Shown: piece after piece, positions 26,401 to 38,299 of the stretch | How positions within the stretch are numbered: position 1 is the first letter of the stretch | Layout: every line of letters begins with the position of its first letter | Assembly (NCBI RefSeq): GCF_036321535.1 | Contig: NC_087447.1 | Span: forward strand, 43,898,001-43,962,000 | DNA length: 64,000 bases | Reading direction: 5' to 3' | Source of the DNA: Camelus dromedarius | Lineage: Eukaryota | Made by a program: the position numbers and the translations under genes | The notes under the pieces: model-generated | What the model was told of the DNA's origin: nothing | Database searches by the model: none | The model's input: only the letters and a program-made list of their open reading frames with translations

Positions 26401-29400
26401 TGCCACTGAGTGAGTGTGGCAAGGAGGGGTCTGTGTCTGAAGCAGACAGTCCCCTGAGTAGGTCTGGGGAGCTCCTGTATCTGGGTATTTTCAGGACTTA
26501 ATGGGCACAATGAATGGATGGAGAGGGGGGCCCCAAGGATGGGGGCTGAGAAGGAACATTGAGAGAGGGTGTCCTCGGTAAGCAAGTACTACTCCAACAC
26601 TGTCTTAGAGAAGCTGGCCTTGGGGCTGGAGCTCGCAGCTTCCTCCACCTCCCATCCCTGCTCAGGGCAGGAGGAGGCCATTTTCCTGGTCGTGAAACAG
26701 GCAGGAATGAAAATGTCATAGCTGGAGCTGGCCATCCCAGACCAGAGCTGGGAGACCAGAGCCTGGAGAAAGCCAAATTTCAAAGATGACCAACCAAATA
26801 AAGCAGATTTCCTACATCAAATTCAAAAACACACTTTCATGCCTGAAGGTATCTGAGCCGTGCTGAGTTGTAGCCAAGGGTTAGGAGAGTCAGGTGCTCA
26901 TGTGCAGAAGGCTTTCCTCCTCACTTCTCCTCAAATTTGATTTAATCCCTTCCAGTGTCCTAATTTGAGTCCCAACAAAGTCTTGTTACCTGAACCATCT
27001 TGCTACCTGAACAAAATCTTGTTACCCAAAAAGCCAATTACCTCCACTGGATCTTCAGAAAGAGGACATTACTGTAACTCAACAAATTTGAATGTGTACA
27101 GCAAGGGGTCAGGTAGGGTGAAAGGCACAGAGAGGCAGAGCCTAGTCACCGCCTTCAAGGGAATGCTTGGCCAGGGGTGATAAGACAGTCGTACACTAAG
27201 TGTAAATCAGGGCAGAGAGGGACAGGAACTGACCAGAGGTCAGAGAGAGGGAGACTGTCACAGATGAGATGGTACTTGAGTTGAGCCTGCCTACTTAACC
27301 TGGTCTCGTACTTCTCAGCCTCCCAGCTGATGCTCTAGACCTCAACAGGGAAATTAACAAAGTTTTCCTCTCGGCTCCCAGCTCTTGAGCAGGATGGGAT
27401 CTTCAGCCCTTCTGCCCCAGCAACTCTCACCTCACAAATGCCCACATCTTCCAGTCCAGGTTCTGTATAAGAATCCGAGCCCAGAATCTCTGGCATGCCT
27501 CTCACAGCTGGGTTTCCTCTGCAACCATGGACAAATGTACACTCTTCTGCCCTCCCTCATCTCAGGGACCCCACCTCAGAGGTGAAACTTGGCCTATCCC
27601 TTCCCTGGTTTGGGGCACCAGTGTTGATAAGGCTTCGAGGTCCATAGAGAGGAAAGAGAAGCAAATGGTGATTTCAGAATCATCACGAGTCTCTTTACGA
27701 AGTTCAAGTCAAGACAGGGAAGTCCAGAAACAGTGAGAAGTTTGGAAGAAGTGGGACTCTGTTTCCCTTCTTGGAATCTTCCCTGGTGACGGAGAGGAAA
27801 GAGGGTTGTTCCTAACTATAAGCAGACACAGAAGAAGGGGCAGTTGCAGACAGACAAGTGCAGTTAACTGACTACAAGGGCAGGAGGAAATGGAAATCTG
27901 AGGAATTCTCGTTCTGGGATTCAGAGGCTTCTAGGGTGAGTGATATAATAGAGATGTGGGCGTCAGGCCTTGGCCAGTGGAGAGGTGTGGTCAAATGCAA
28001 AGCACGCCCTGTTTCTCCCATTCCCTCCCAAGTTAAACAGACAGGACAGGACACCTTGGTGCCATATTCAAATAGTTTATCCCCCATTACTAAAATAACC
28101 CTATGTCGACCAACATTTTCTCTAAAACAGCTCACATCTCATGCCTCAATTTCCATTCCCACTGCTTTCAACTGACTTCAGGTCCTCATCATCACAGGCC
28201 TGAACTGGCTGCCTCTAATGGGTCCCCACCCCATCCCACACTTCTTACACACTCTTGCCAGATTAATCGTCTAAAAACAATTTGAGCACTTTGATGTGTG
28301 TAATTGGTGCTTTTCTTGTATATTTCCCCAACTAGATTGTGGGCCTTTCAAGACCCAGGGCTATATCTTTCCTCTATCTTTATTACTAGCACATAATATC
28401 GAGCTTTGCACAGAGCAAATGTTTAATACATGTGTCTAGAGTAAATACATGAATGCCATGGACATAAAAGTTTCTGATAATTAAATCCCGTAGAGAAAAC
28501 ATACATTTACATCTGGTTTCAGGGTTTCATGGAAGTTAAGAGAGGTCTAGGCAACTTCCATTTTTGAAGCTGTCAGTTTATTAAATCTCAAGAAATAACT
28601 AAATGAGTAATTCAAAAAAGTACGTTTTAAGTGTTTACACTTAACCAATGCTCCCCACACACAACACATATAGCTTAATAAAACTGTGATATCCATCGAG
28701 TAATTACAACATTTAATCCTAGTGCACCACTTAGTGGAGGTGTGGCCAGTAATTGGCCTCAAATTTAGAAGACTCAAATGATCTTCAATTCTGTCAGAGT
28801 ATTTCTGTGACTCTACAGATTGTTCAGTACAGAGGTAAGTTCAAAAGTCTAAACATAAGGCTTTTAGTGAATGTGAGACCTGGGACAAGGGACCTTCCAC
28901 CAGCTTCACACCATTATAGGCACGGCTCAGTTTAAACTTTTGGTGCTTTGCCACTTTCGTCAGCAGAACACGAGAAAAGTGGCCTGATATTGACGCATGT
29001 ACCCTGTCAGTCATTCATGGAAAAATTCCACTATGTGCCCGAGGCTGCACTAGGGGTTAGATATTTAGGGAGAAATAAAGCAGATGTGGTCTTTGAGCTC
29101 ACAGAACTCATAGCCTAGAAGGGGGCAGAGACAATAAACATACAATCATAGAGTCAGAAATAGATTTTAATCCTACCAAGAGTGAAAGAAGGCTACATGT
29201 GAGATAGTAAAGAGCAGGAGGGAACAGAGGAAAGAATACATACTGCATACAGGTGGTCAGGAAGGCCTATGAGGAGGGGACATTTTAGCTGGGCCATTAA
29301 GGCTGAAAGGAGTCAGACACAACAAAGGGAAAGGAAAAGCATTCCAGGCTGAGGGAACAGCATGTGTGAGGGCAGGAAGAGGCGGGGATCCTGAAGCAAC

Positions 29401-29856
29401 CAAGAGAGAGGATAGTGGAGCCGGAGTGATGAGCTTTTTCAGGTGAAGCCTCTTAACTGAGTCCACATTACTGGTGTCCCCTGGGCTGTGCTACATGGCG
29501 GAACTGGCTGGGAGGTGAGGCCAACAGGTGGCCGACAGGTGACAGAAGCAGACTGTGGCAGCACTACACAGGGCCTTCACAGACCTGATCAGGAGTCTGT
29601 GGTGTGATAATTGAAATTTTTATAAAACCAAAGTGTTACAAAGAAAACCTGAGAAGACTTATAAGCACAGATAGAACGTTCATCTTGGGACATGAATCAG
29701 GAAATGGATGAGATGGTCTTTCAAGGTTCCTTCTATTTTGAGGATCCAGGGATTTTCATATATTTAGAGTAAAAACCTTTAAAATGTTCTGGAATTGAAA
29801 AATTTTGGAAAAAAAATCCATGTGCCCAGGTCATTATATAAAAGAGATTTCATCCA

Positions 29857-29974
29857 GTGAGAAGGGTATAGCTCAGTGGTAGAGTGCCTGCCTATCATGT
29901 GTGCGGTCCTGAGTTCAATTCCCAGTACCTCCATTAAAATAAATTAATAAACCTAATTATCCCCCCCCCCAAAT
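29857..29974 (+). mobile_element. tRNA-derived camelid-type SINE
   Basis: gggtatagctcagtggtagag...gagttcaattcccagtacctccattaaaataaa...aaacctaatta. Degenerate TSD agagatttcatcca / agggacttcatcca. Confidence 0.85.
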
Positions 29975-32261
29975 AGGGACTTCATCCAAATCAAAAGGAA
30001 TTAACAGGAATTTTGGAGGATTCCAACAGTAACTAGGCTCACTAGAAACAGAATGCTAATGTGCTCGATCTTGGAAGAACAGAAAGTTGTCCTGACCAGA
30101 AACAATCTTCGAAGATGAAGCAAAGCTCATCTCCCGGACATTCCAAAAGGCAGGGGTAGGAGCCCCACGGATCCACGCTGCAGAGGCCAGGGGAGGGCGG
30201 GATTTCCAATGCAAACGCCGCAGCAGAAGCTGTGCCAATCACAATGACAGTGGAGAGGCCCTCAACTGGGAGGCTAAGCTTGGTATGGTTGGGGCCAAGA
30301 AGGTGTCCTGGGAACTTTAGGACAAGGGATAACAGCCGCAGGATGGAAGCAGGGAGAAAGAAAGTGACAGCAGTGAGAAAGTAAAGAAGAAATAAGGACT
30401 AGCAGAGCAGACTGCTTAGAGCCAACTCAGCAAAGAATACTTTCCCCCATCCCCAGATATAGTACCCAAAAATGTTACTAAGAAAAGAATGTTAAAAATG
30501 TTCTGGAGCATCAAGGAAATTTCATTGATTTTCCCAATTTTGTCAGTAAAAAAAGGTTTTATGTGTGCATGTGTGTGTGTTTATAATAGAACACAACTCT
30601 AAAGAATTGGAAGACCACACCCTTCCTATTATAAGACCATGAGTCAAAGATACGTATTTCCAGACACAACCCATAAAACTAGGTCAGCAGTAATTTGGAT
30701 AAGAATGTTTGAAATGCATAACGATGCAAATCATCAGTATTAGGTCAAATGCAGCTGGAAAGAGTTTAGTTTTCTTATAGTAGTCAAATATTACTACACT
30801 TGATTTTGGCCATCAGAAGAGATCACTTAGTTGCATGACTTCAAAACCAAAATACATCTAAATGTAAAATGCATTTTTACAGGGACAATTCCTTCACTCT
30901 CTCTTTTAATTTTTTTTCCTTCTACCCAGTTTCCACAAATTAGTGGTGAAGATATCTACAGTCTTTATTTTCAAATGAAATCTATTTCTTGATATGCAGG
31001 TTACTTATAAACTTTTCTAGAATAAGACTAACAATTATAGTGATATGACTGCTGCCAATTCATTAGAATTATGGCAGTCTCATTCTAGAATCTAATAAAA
31101 ACACAGTACTATCACTCTGTACTGATGGAACCCAGATCAGAAAAATTAACACACAGAATAAGACCAAGTGGAAGACAATCCCAATGGAGATTCCATCTGA
31201 AGGGCCTAGTTTCTGAAGCAATGAAAGGATTTTATTATGAGTCCGCACCACTGCACAAACTCCACGGCAGCATCCAACAGAGCTCCAGTTATATTTAAGT
31301 CTTAATTCTAAAGAGAAATCCTAATGATAAAATCTGAGGATTTCTTCTAAATCAAATGGCAAACAACCATCCATTTCCTCACAGAGGAATATTTTAAGTA
31401 AAGCTCTTTGATTCAGACTTGGAAATGATGCTAAAATAGGTTTCTGAAAAAATTAAATTATAAACTGTCATATTCTATCCCACTTAACGTGAATGAGCAA
31501 AGCCTCTAGGATAAACTTGATTAACATAAAAAAGGGTAAAATCTTATTTCTATTTCTAGGGAACAAATTTTAAAAAGATTAAAAAATATAACCACACACT
31601 GTACTTGTACTTTCCAAATAACAGCACACGCTAGTCCTCTAGCTATCACTCAAGCAAATATTTCCATTTTAATGAAAGCTGCTTTCTGAGTCTCTCTTCC
31701 TGAAGTCTCTTACTGAGAGAGAATTTTTATATCCAGTGATTCAGAACTGGCTATTTAACCTCAAAGCCACCTTTATGCATCTGGGCCTTGGGGGGGGGCA
31801 TGTCTTGATAACGAGGATAAGAACCACAGTACTGAAGGCAAAATGGCAGCCCACGTGGTGGGGAACATACCAGGCGCAGACCTGTGCAGAGCACATGACG
31901 CACACGTTATCACTTCACTCTTAAAACCACCCATCGCCATTCCTCTCTCACACAAGAGGAGAAAAGAAACAGATGAAGGTTAAATAACGTGTCCAACATA
32001 CACATGTAGCTAGAGCTAGTTCGCTGGAGCCCAGAGCCCTTGCTTTCTATCACTGCACTATATCATTCTTCTACTGCACGAGAGCACAAAGCATCCAGCC
32101 CATGGAAAGAGAGTGACCCTAGGCCTGGGCACTCTGTAGACCATGCAAAGGCTGGAGATGGAAAAAGACCTCCAGCCACTGTGTGGAGTCTAAAGAGAGC
32201 CTGTGTGTGACAGCCAGGCTAGGTCAGAGGCACCGGGAATAAACTTGGTAACACTAGGAGG

Positions 32262-32505
32262 GCAGCACGAAGAGGGAGTAAAAACTCAGGCTCTGGTGTT
32301 GGTTGACCCAGAGCTCAAATCTGGACCTGGGTGATTACCCATATATGACTTTATTTCTAAATCTCCTTGGCTCAGGTTGCTTCTTCTACAAGATGAAAAT
32401 GAGAATAGGATCTGTCTCACACAAAGTTGTGAACCATAATAAAATATAAAGTTCTTAGATAACACTTGATACGGTAAGTCTTAGCAATGTTAACTATTAT
32501 TATCA
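32262..32505 (+). mobile_element. MIR SINE (near full length)
   Basis: caggctctgg...ctcaaatct...aaatctc...aaaatgagaata...taagtcttagcaatgttaactattattat is the typical MIR layout. Confidence 0.65.
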
Positions 32506-32704
32506 TGAACTAAGCAGAGACTATGCAGCGCTCAGGAACCTAACAGGAGTATAGGAAGTATCAAATTTTCCATTTTGCGTCTCTGATACTGAATGGACAT
32601 GAGCAAGGTCACAGGCTCCTTGGCTGATCAATGCCACTGCCACCAAGAGAAGGGGACGGGGCATTGCTTGCCTTGTATTTAGAGAGGAAAGGGGCGTTAC
32701 TGAC

Positions 32705-33056
32705 CGAGCCGATGAGGTTGGCTCTGTGACTTGGCGCTGGATGCGGACGCCATGAGCACAGTTCTCCTGGTCCCCAGACTGGGTAGAGAGGGGAAGGTCA
32801 GGGGAGGTGTGGCTGATCTTCATGGAGGCGTCTGCACAAGGAGTGGGAGGGTCTAGGAAGCCCTCACTGTTCTCCTGCTCATTGGTCTCTGTGTCCGTGT
32901 AGTTAAGAGGCTCCTGGTTGTTTTCTTTGCTACCAGAGAACAGGCCTCGTTCTCGCCATGGAACCCAGCAGAGTTTCCAAGACACGAAGAGAGAAACGCC
33001 AAAGAGAGCGAGGCCACAGGCAGTGACCACGAGGGTCAGCAGGCTCACTGAGATAT
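32705..33056 (-). CDS. SYT9: Synaptotagmin-9 coding exon 2 (transmembrane helix + linker)
   Basis: Translates (D)ISVSLLTLVVTACGLALFGVSLFVSWKLCWVPWRERG...QRQVTEPTSSA(R), recognisable as SYT9. Acceptor is ttctttgcag|ATATC at 33057/33056 and donor is GCTCG|gtcagt at 32705/32704. The exon starts in phase 1 and ends in phase 2, matching exon 3. Confidence 0.96.
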
Positions 33057-33492
33057 CTGCAAAGAAGCAAAGATCAAAGGTCAGTGTGATTGCTCCTCCC
33101 GTGCCCACCCACTGCACGGTGCGGGCAGAATACTCTCTCATCCATCTGTCCCTCAGGAGTGACAGTGGAAGGCCAGGCTGGAGATGCTGCTGGGTCACCC
33201 GACTCTGTGGCAGGGACAGTGAGGACTCAGACACAAGTGCAGATGAGGTAACATGCAGGCATGTTTAGAAATAATAAACAGCCTGCAACAGCAAGAGACA
33301 GGGAGTATTTAGGGGACCAGGAATGCCCTGCATGTCAACCGAGACCCTAGTCCTCTGCAATATAAATCAATGACATTCTGGGAGCAGGGCGGTTTCAACT
33401 ACCCTTAAAAATTCCCCTGTCATCTCAGAGAGCTGTATGATATAATTTGGGAATTATTTAAGTAACACCTTTTTAAAATAAGAGAAATTAAA

Positions 33493-33655
33493 ATCCAGGT
33501 ATAGGAGTAGGGAAGTGATCCAGGTAGGGGAACAGGGATGTGATCCAGGTAGGGGAGAAGGGAAGTGATCCAGGCAGAGGAGAAGGGAAGTCACCAGGTA
33601 GGAGAGTATAAAAGAGTAGGGAGAATAGGGAAGTGACCCAGGGGAGTATGGAAGC
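33493..33655 (+). repeat. 25-bp minisatellite (consensus ATCCAGGTAGGGGAGAAGGGAAGTG), 4 full units plus degenerate copies
   Basis: Units start at 33493, 33518, 33543 and 33568, then decay. Confidence 0.9.
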
Positions 33656-35384
33656 AGTCAGTAAAGGCGGTTTTATCAAGTCAGTTACCACAGTGGGGGA
33701 CCAGAGGTTAAGCTGCTGGGGAGGCTCCACACTCTACACCTTGATTTGAGGGTAGTTCTTGAGGGGCATTTCCAACCTATAGCACGCGTGGCAAAGTTAG
33801 CTTCTGTGGCCAGAAAATTCCCACATTTCAAATAAATGCAGGGGCTGGCCTTGGAGGTCAGCAGGCACGTGTTCAAATGGTGAGGGAGAAGGAATCTGGG
33901 GGCAACGATAGCATCTGCTACATGGACCACAGCCCCACGACCTCAGTGAGGGTCCATGGCTGTGCATGCAGTGTCTAGTGGCTGTGTTCCTAACTCTCAG
34001 AACAATGGCCAAACCCCTCCAGGCTTCCACCCCACCCTACAGGAGAGCCAGGGAGGCTAAGGCATCAACCTCAGTTGATAGCATCAACTGTGGTGCTATC
34101 AACTCCTCCCTTTAAAAGACACCCCTACCTGCTTTACTGGGCTCCACTACACCCAGGAGCCTCAAGGATTCTCTCCCAGGATCTGTTTTCACTATCTATC
34201 ATTAATATTTGCATTGCTTCAGCCAAAGTTTTCTGTTACATGCCAGGGGCTGTGCCAGGCTTTGGAGATGCAATGGGGAATGTGATAGACACACTCTACA
34301 CCTTCACAGACTCATATTCTAGTGACGGGGAAAATGAGGAATCATACTTAACAGTCACAGCTTCAACTATCTGCAGCATGACAACAATCCACATGAGACA
34401 GCCTTCATCTCTGCTCAGTGTGCACATGAAGCCCTCCTGCAAGTCACTTACCTCCTGAGTCAAGCTGACCACCTAGTGTCCATGTGCTTTTCAACGTGAC
34501 TCTGAAGGTACTTATCATTCTTATGAAATGATCAAACAATTTTTCATGAAAAGATTACTCTTGACAGAAAGCCAGCTACCAGGCCTGCTGATGGATCTAA
34601 TGTATCTCCTCTATGCTTCCCAACGAATCTTTGCCCTTGTGGCAAAACAATTTATGTCTCTGTTTGAAATCATGGGGGGTTCCAGTTTCAACATGGGTAA
34701 CCGAGCTCAAAATCTTGGCTTATCCCATTTCTCTCCTCAAGTATCACTGAAATGGGAGAAGCAAACTATATAACTATGGAAAGCAAGGACAGGTAATTTC
34801 AATCCATCAGTGATCCAGTAACAGTGAGGCATTTCTGAAATTGTTTGAAAGGAAAAGCCAATTGGTGCCGAACATTTAACATAGGCAAATGAAGGGACAC
34901 TAAGGGAAAAATAAAAATTAAAAATCCCAAGTGCAGAGTAAAAAAGGGCAGGGATGGCGGACAGGGAGCAGAGTCAGCGAGGGCAGAGTAAAGCGCACTG
35001 AACATCATACCTCATGGAGCCCCAGTAAGAAGAAGGGAGAGGATGGATGGTTTGACCACAGCTCACAGAGCAGGATGGAAAATTTATTGATAAAAACTTC
35101 TATAATAGATAGTAGTCCTGAGGGCTCAGGGAAGGAGGAGACCCCAACCCAGTTAATCAGGCTGCCATGGCAAACATCAATCCCTACCCCCTCCAATGAA
35201 ATCTAAAAACAAAACAAGCTCCACAACACAGTGCAATCCCGTTACACACTCTTTAGTCCAGAGGTAAAACCCCTTCCCTATATCCTGTTAATCACTTCAG
35301 GACCGTTTTGACACAGACACCACTGGGAGACCACTGACAAAGGCGGGAGAAGTACACCGGAAGGCAGAATGTTTTAGAAGTGTG

Positions 35385-35904
35385 ACGTGGTAATTATGGG
35401 AGAAGCTTAAATCCCAATCCCCTGATGTTGGCCTTGGCCACCTGACTTGCTCTGGTCAATGAAATATGAGTGGACATGGCCCATGCCACCTTGGACCACA
35501 GGACTCTTAGGCTCCCACCTTCTGCTGTGAAAAGAAGAGGTCTTAAATAAGGTCTTGATATTCTAGCCTGGGTGCCATAAAGGAAGACTTGTGGCATAGG
35601 CCCAAAGCCCAGAGTGAGGAGCAAACTTAAATCTGACACACAGGCTGAGGCAGGGCAATCACTGATCCACAGATCCATAAGCAAAACCCAAAAAGTTTGG
35701 GGTGGGGGCTGTGGGTAGAGCTCAGTGGTAGAGCATGTGCTTAGCATGCATGAGGTCCTGGGTTCAATCTCCAGCACCTACATTAAACAAACAAACCTAA
35801 TTACCTGCCCCCCACCCCCCCAAAACACTAAACAGTTAGTGTTTCATTTAAGCCACCAAGATTTCAAAGGTGTTTGTTACCATCGCAAAAAGTTGACTAA
35901 TACA
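35385..35904 (+). mobile_element. MaLR LTR (MLT1-type) interrupted by a SINE
   Basis: ttggccacctgacttgctctggtcaatgaaatatgagtggac... and terminus ttaagccacc...tttgttac...tgactaataca. Confidence 0.6.
35704..35821 (+). mobile_element. tRNA-derived camelid-type SINE
   Basis: agctcagtggtagagcatgtgcttagcatgcatgaggtcctgggttcaatctccagcacc...aaacctaattacc, the same family as 13323 and 29857. Confidence 0.87.
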
Positions 35905-36034
35905 TGTGACCATATAATTTATTGTCCAAGGCTAGGACAGTTCTAAGAGGGAAAAGAGGGGGTATCAATAATCCTATCAGTGAGAGATTGTACCCAGGAC
36001 TGTCCAGAGCAAACCAGGATGTATGGTCACCCTG
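35905..36034. mobile_element. MER94/MER81-like hAT MITE
   Basis: Inverted terminal motif gtgaccata (35906) ... tatggtcac (36022-30), about 130 bp long. Confidence 0.65.
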
Positions 36035-37436
36035 CACTTAGAATCTCACCTGAACTCTGAACTCACTGGCTTGGTACAACACAGCCCCGCAGGATTTACT
36101 TGGTAGAGATAACACCCTAAATAAAGTAAATCCTGGGCCGACTTCTTCTAGTAACCACAAGGCCCTGACACAGCTCAAGAACGACTCTAGCTTGTTAGCT
36201 GACTCCCAGCTCTCACACTCAAAAAACACCTTGCTCCCAAGTCCCATCCTGGGGGATCCAGGAGAGCAGGGGTCTTGTCTGTTGCTCAGCATTGAATCCC
36301 AAGCATCTAAAAGAGTGCCTGGCACATAGCAGGCATTCAGTGTATGTCTGATGAAGCCCACCCGAGAGCCCTGTTACCACCCTATGTTTACTGTGAGTCA
36401 AGGGTGTGCCCTGTAAACTCCAGGAGCTGCTGGTCACATTCATAGTCACAAAAGATGTTTGTGTATAGAGTTACGACTGAAAATGTCTGGCAAATGGCAA
36501 GAGGGGCTTTTCTTTCATTCACACAAAGGTGCCATGTTGGTAGGAGGAGGCCAGGGAGCACCTGGCAGGAGAAGCCAACAGTTACCCACACAGCCACGCC
36601 ATCCACTAAGCATAATCATCAGGACTTCTGTTTGCAGACAGCTCAGGGTGCCCCCTGAGACACTCCATTTGAACTTTCCTCTCCTTTTCCAGAGAGAAGT
36701 GCTAGAAAGCTGGGGCAGAATTATGAAGTCCATACATACCACCTACCTCAGACCACGGCCTCAGGAAAGGGAGAGGGAGAATCCACTTAGAATCACAAAA
36801 TAGCTTTACTAAGAAAAGGAATTATTGCTTAAGTTAGGTGGTAGGTACATGGCCACTTGTTTTATGGTTGATCTTTAAACTACAAGTATTTGATATATAT
36901 ATTCTTTGGCAATTATGGTATATTTTATAATAAAATTTAAAAATAGTAAATAGTGACATCAAAGATTATAATTCTAAAGATAATTTTTCTGAAGAATAGG
37001 AAAAGTATAAACTGGTCCTTCTGTCCAAGAGTGAAGAGAATCACCAGGTGGTGATTTGGGGATGAAAAGGAGGCAAATGGTAACTCAGTTCTGATCCAGA
37101 TCCCCGGAGGTATTGCTGGTTGAGGGTGACTGCATGAAACTCTACCCACAGCTGCCATGGAGGCCATCCTTCCAGGGAAGATTAGAGCAGGGTGCCCTGC
37201 AATCAGGCCTGATCATCAGAACCCTCTTCTGCTGGCCACCAGCCCTCGCCACAGGACGTGATGTACTGCAGCAACATCCCTAGACACCAGACAAGACACC
37301 ATGATACCCTTAGATCCGGCAGACATCCCAGCTGGATACCTATGACTCCAAGGGATCCCTGCAAGCCTGAAGACTGTTCTGGAATGGCGAATATTATTGC
37401 CCAATGAGCACAAAGCTTCAGCACCTATACTGCATA

Positions 37437-37492
37437 TGGACAGAGGAATGGTAGTTGCCCTGTTGGACAGAGGAATGGTAGTTGCCCTGTTG
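37437..37492. repeat. Perfect 27-bp tandem duplication
   Basis: tggacagaggaatggtagttgccctgt x2. Confidence 0.95.
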
Positions 37493-38299
37493 AACCGTGA
37501 AGGGACAAGAAGAACATATAAACGAATGACGATGACAACAAAATCATGGGACCAATGGGCCAACTCAGCAACTTGAAAGAAGCTAGCCGAGCTGGACCAT
37601 CAGAATAAATGACACTTGCGAGAGGTAAATTAATTCATTTACTCAGTGAGATGTTTAAAATAGTGGTGAAGAAGGAGAAGCATGGCTGGGCAGTAACCAG
37701 AATTAGACACCCCTGAAAGATGTCACCTGATCTCACTAAGAAGAGGAGCTTGTAGCCTGAGAATTCCACAGCCAGCCACATTATCATCAGAGGAGAGGAA
37801 AAGCATTTTCAGTCACCAATGACTCAGAAAATACACCATTCATGTAGCCTCTCCTGCATAAACCTGCAGAAATTCTTCAAACCAACAAATAAAAATTTAC
37901 GTCAGAATAGAGAACCCAAGGGCTTTCTAGATAAGATATATACTTACATCCCATGGATCACAAGAACTGGTAATAAGCAAAGAAAACAGGAAAAAGTATA
38001 TTAAATCTGAATAATTGCTGGTTTTGAGGTTATAAAGTTTAACGAAACTATAAGGAAAAAAACACTTAAAAGAGCAAAGTAATGATAAATACATACACTT
38101 AAATTCCAACAATTTCAACAAAACATGGGAAATGAAAGGAGGAAGGAAGTAAAACCAAATTAAATGTCCTATATTGTTAGCAGGGAGAGATGACAGATAC
38201 TTCAACTTGCTGTTGGTAAGGAATATAGGTGCAAATACATATATAAAATAATTAAGGAAGACTGTGATTCATAATGGTGCATATGCATATATATTTATG

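Larger units (their letters stand above)
23494..32704 (-). other. SYT9: SYT9 intron 2 (GT-AG, 9211 nt)
   Basis: Bounded by the donor and acceptor of the two identified exons, with compatible frames. Confidence 0.9.

Noticed and set aside
26974..27030. Three short tcttg(t/c)tacc repeats
   Set aside because: A short, irregular-period degenerate duplication with no evidence of function.
32521..33234. 237-aa ORF as an extended exon or alternative N-terminus
   Set aside because: Only 32705-33056 is SYT9-like. The flanks include the polypyrimidine tract and donor, and the listed start is not an ATG.
33493..33655. CRISPR-like array
   Set aside because: The units are head-to-tail with no unique spacers, in a eukaryotic context.
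35704..35780. tRNA genes at 13329, 29860, 35710 and 53780
   Set aside because: A and B boxes are present, but the copies are diverged and followed by A-rich tails, most with a shared SINE body and some with TSDs. They are tRNA-derived SINEs, not tRNA genes.
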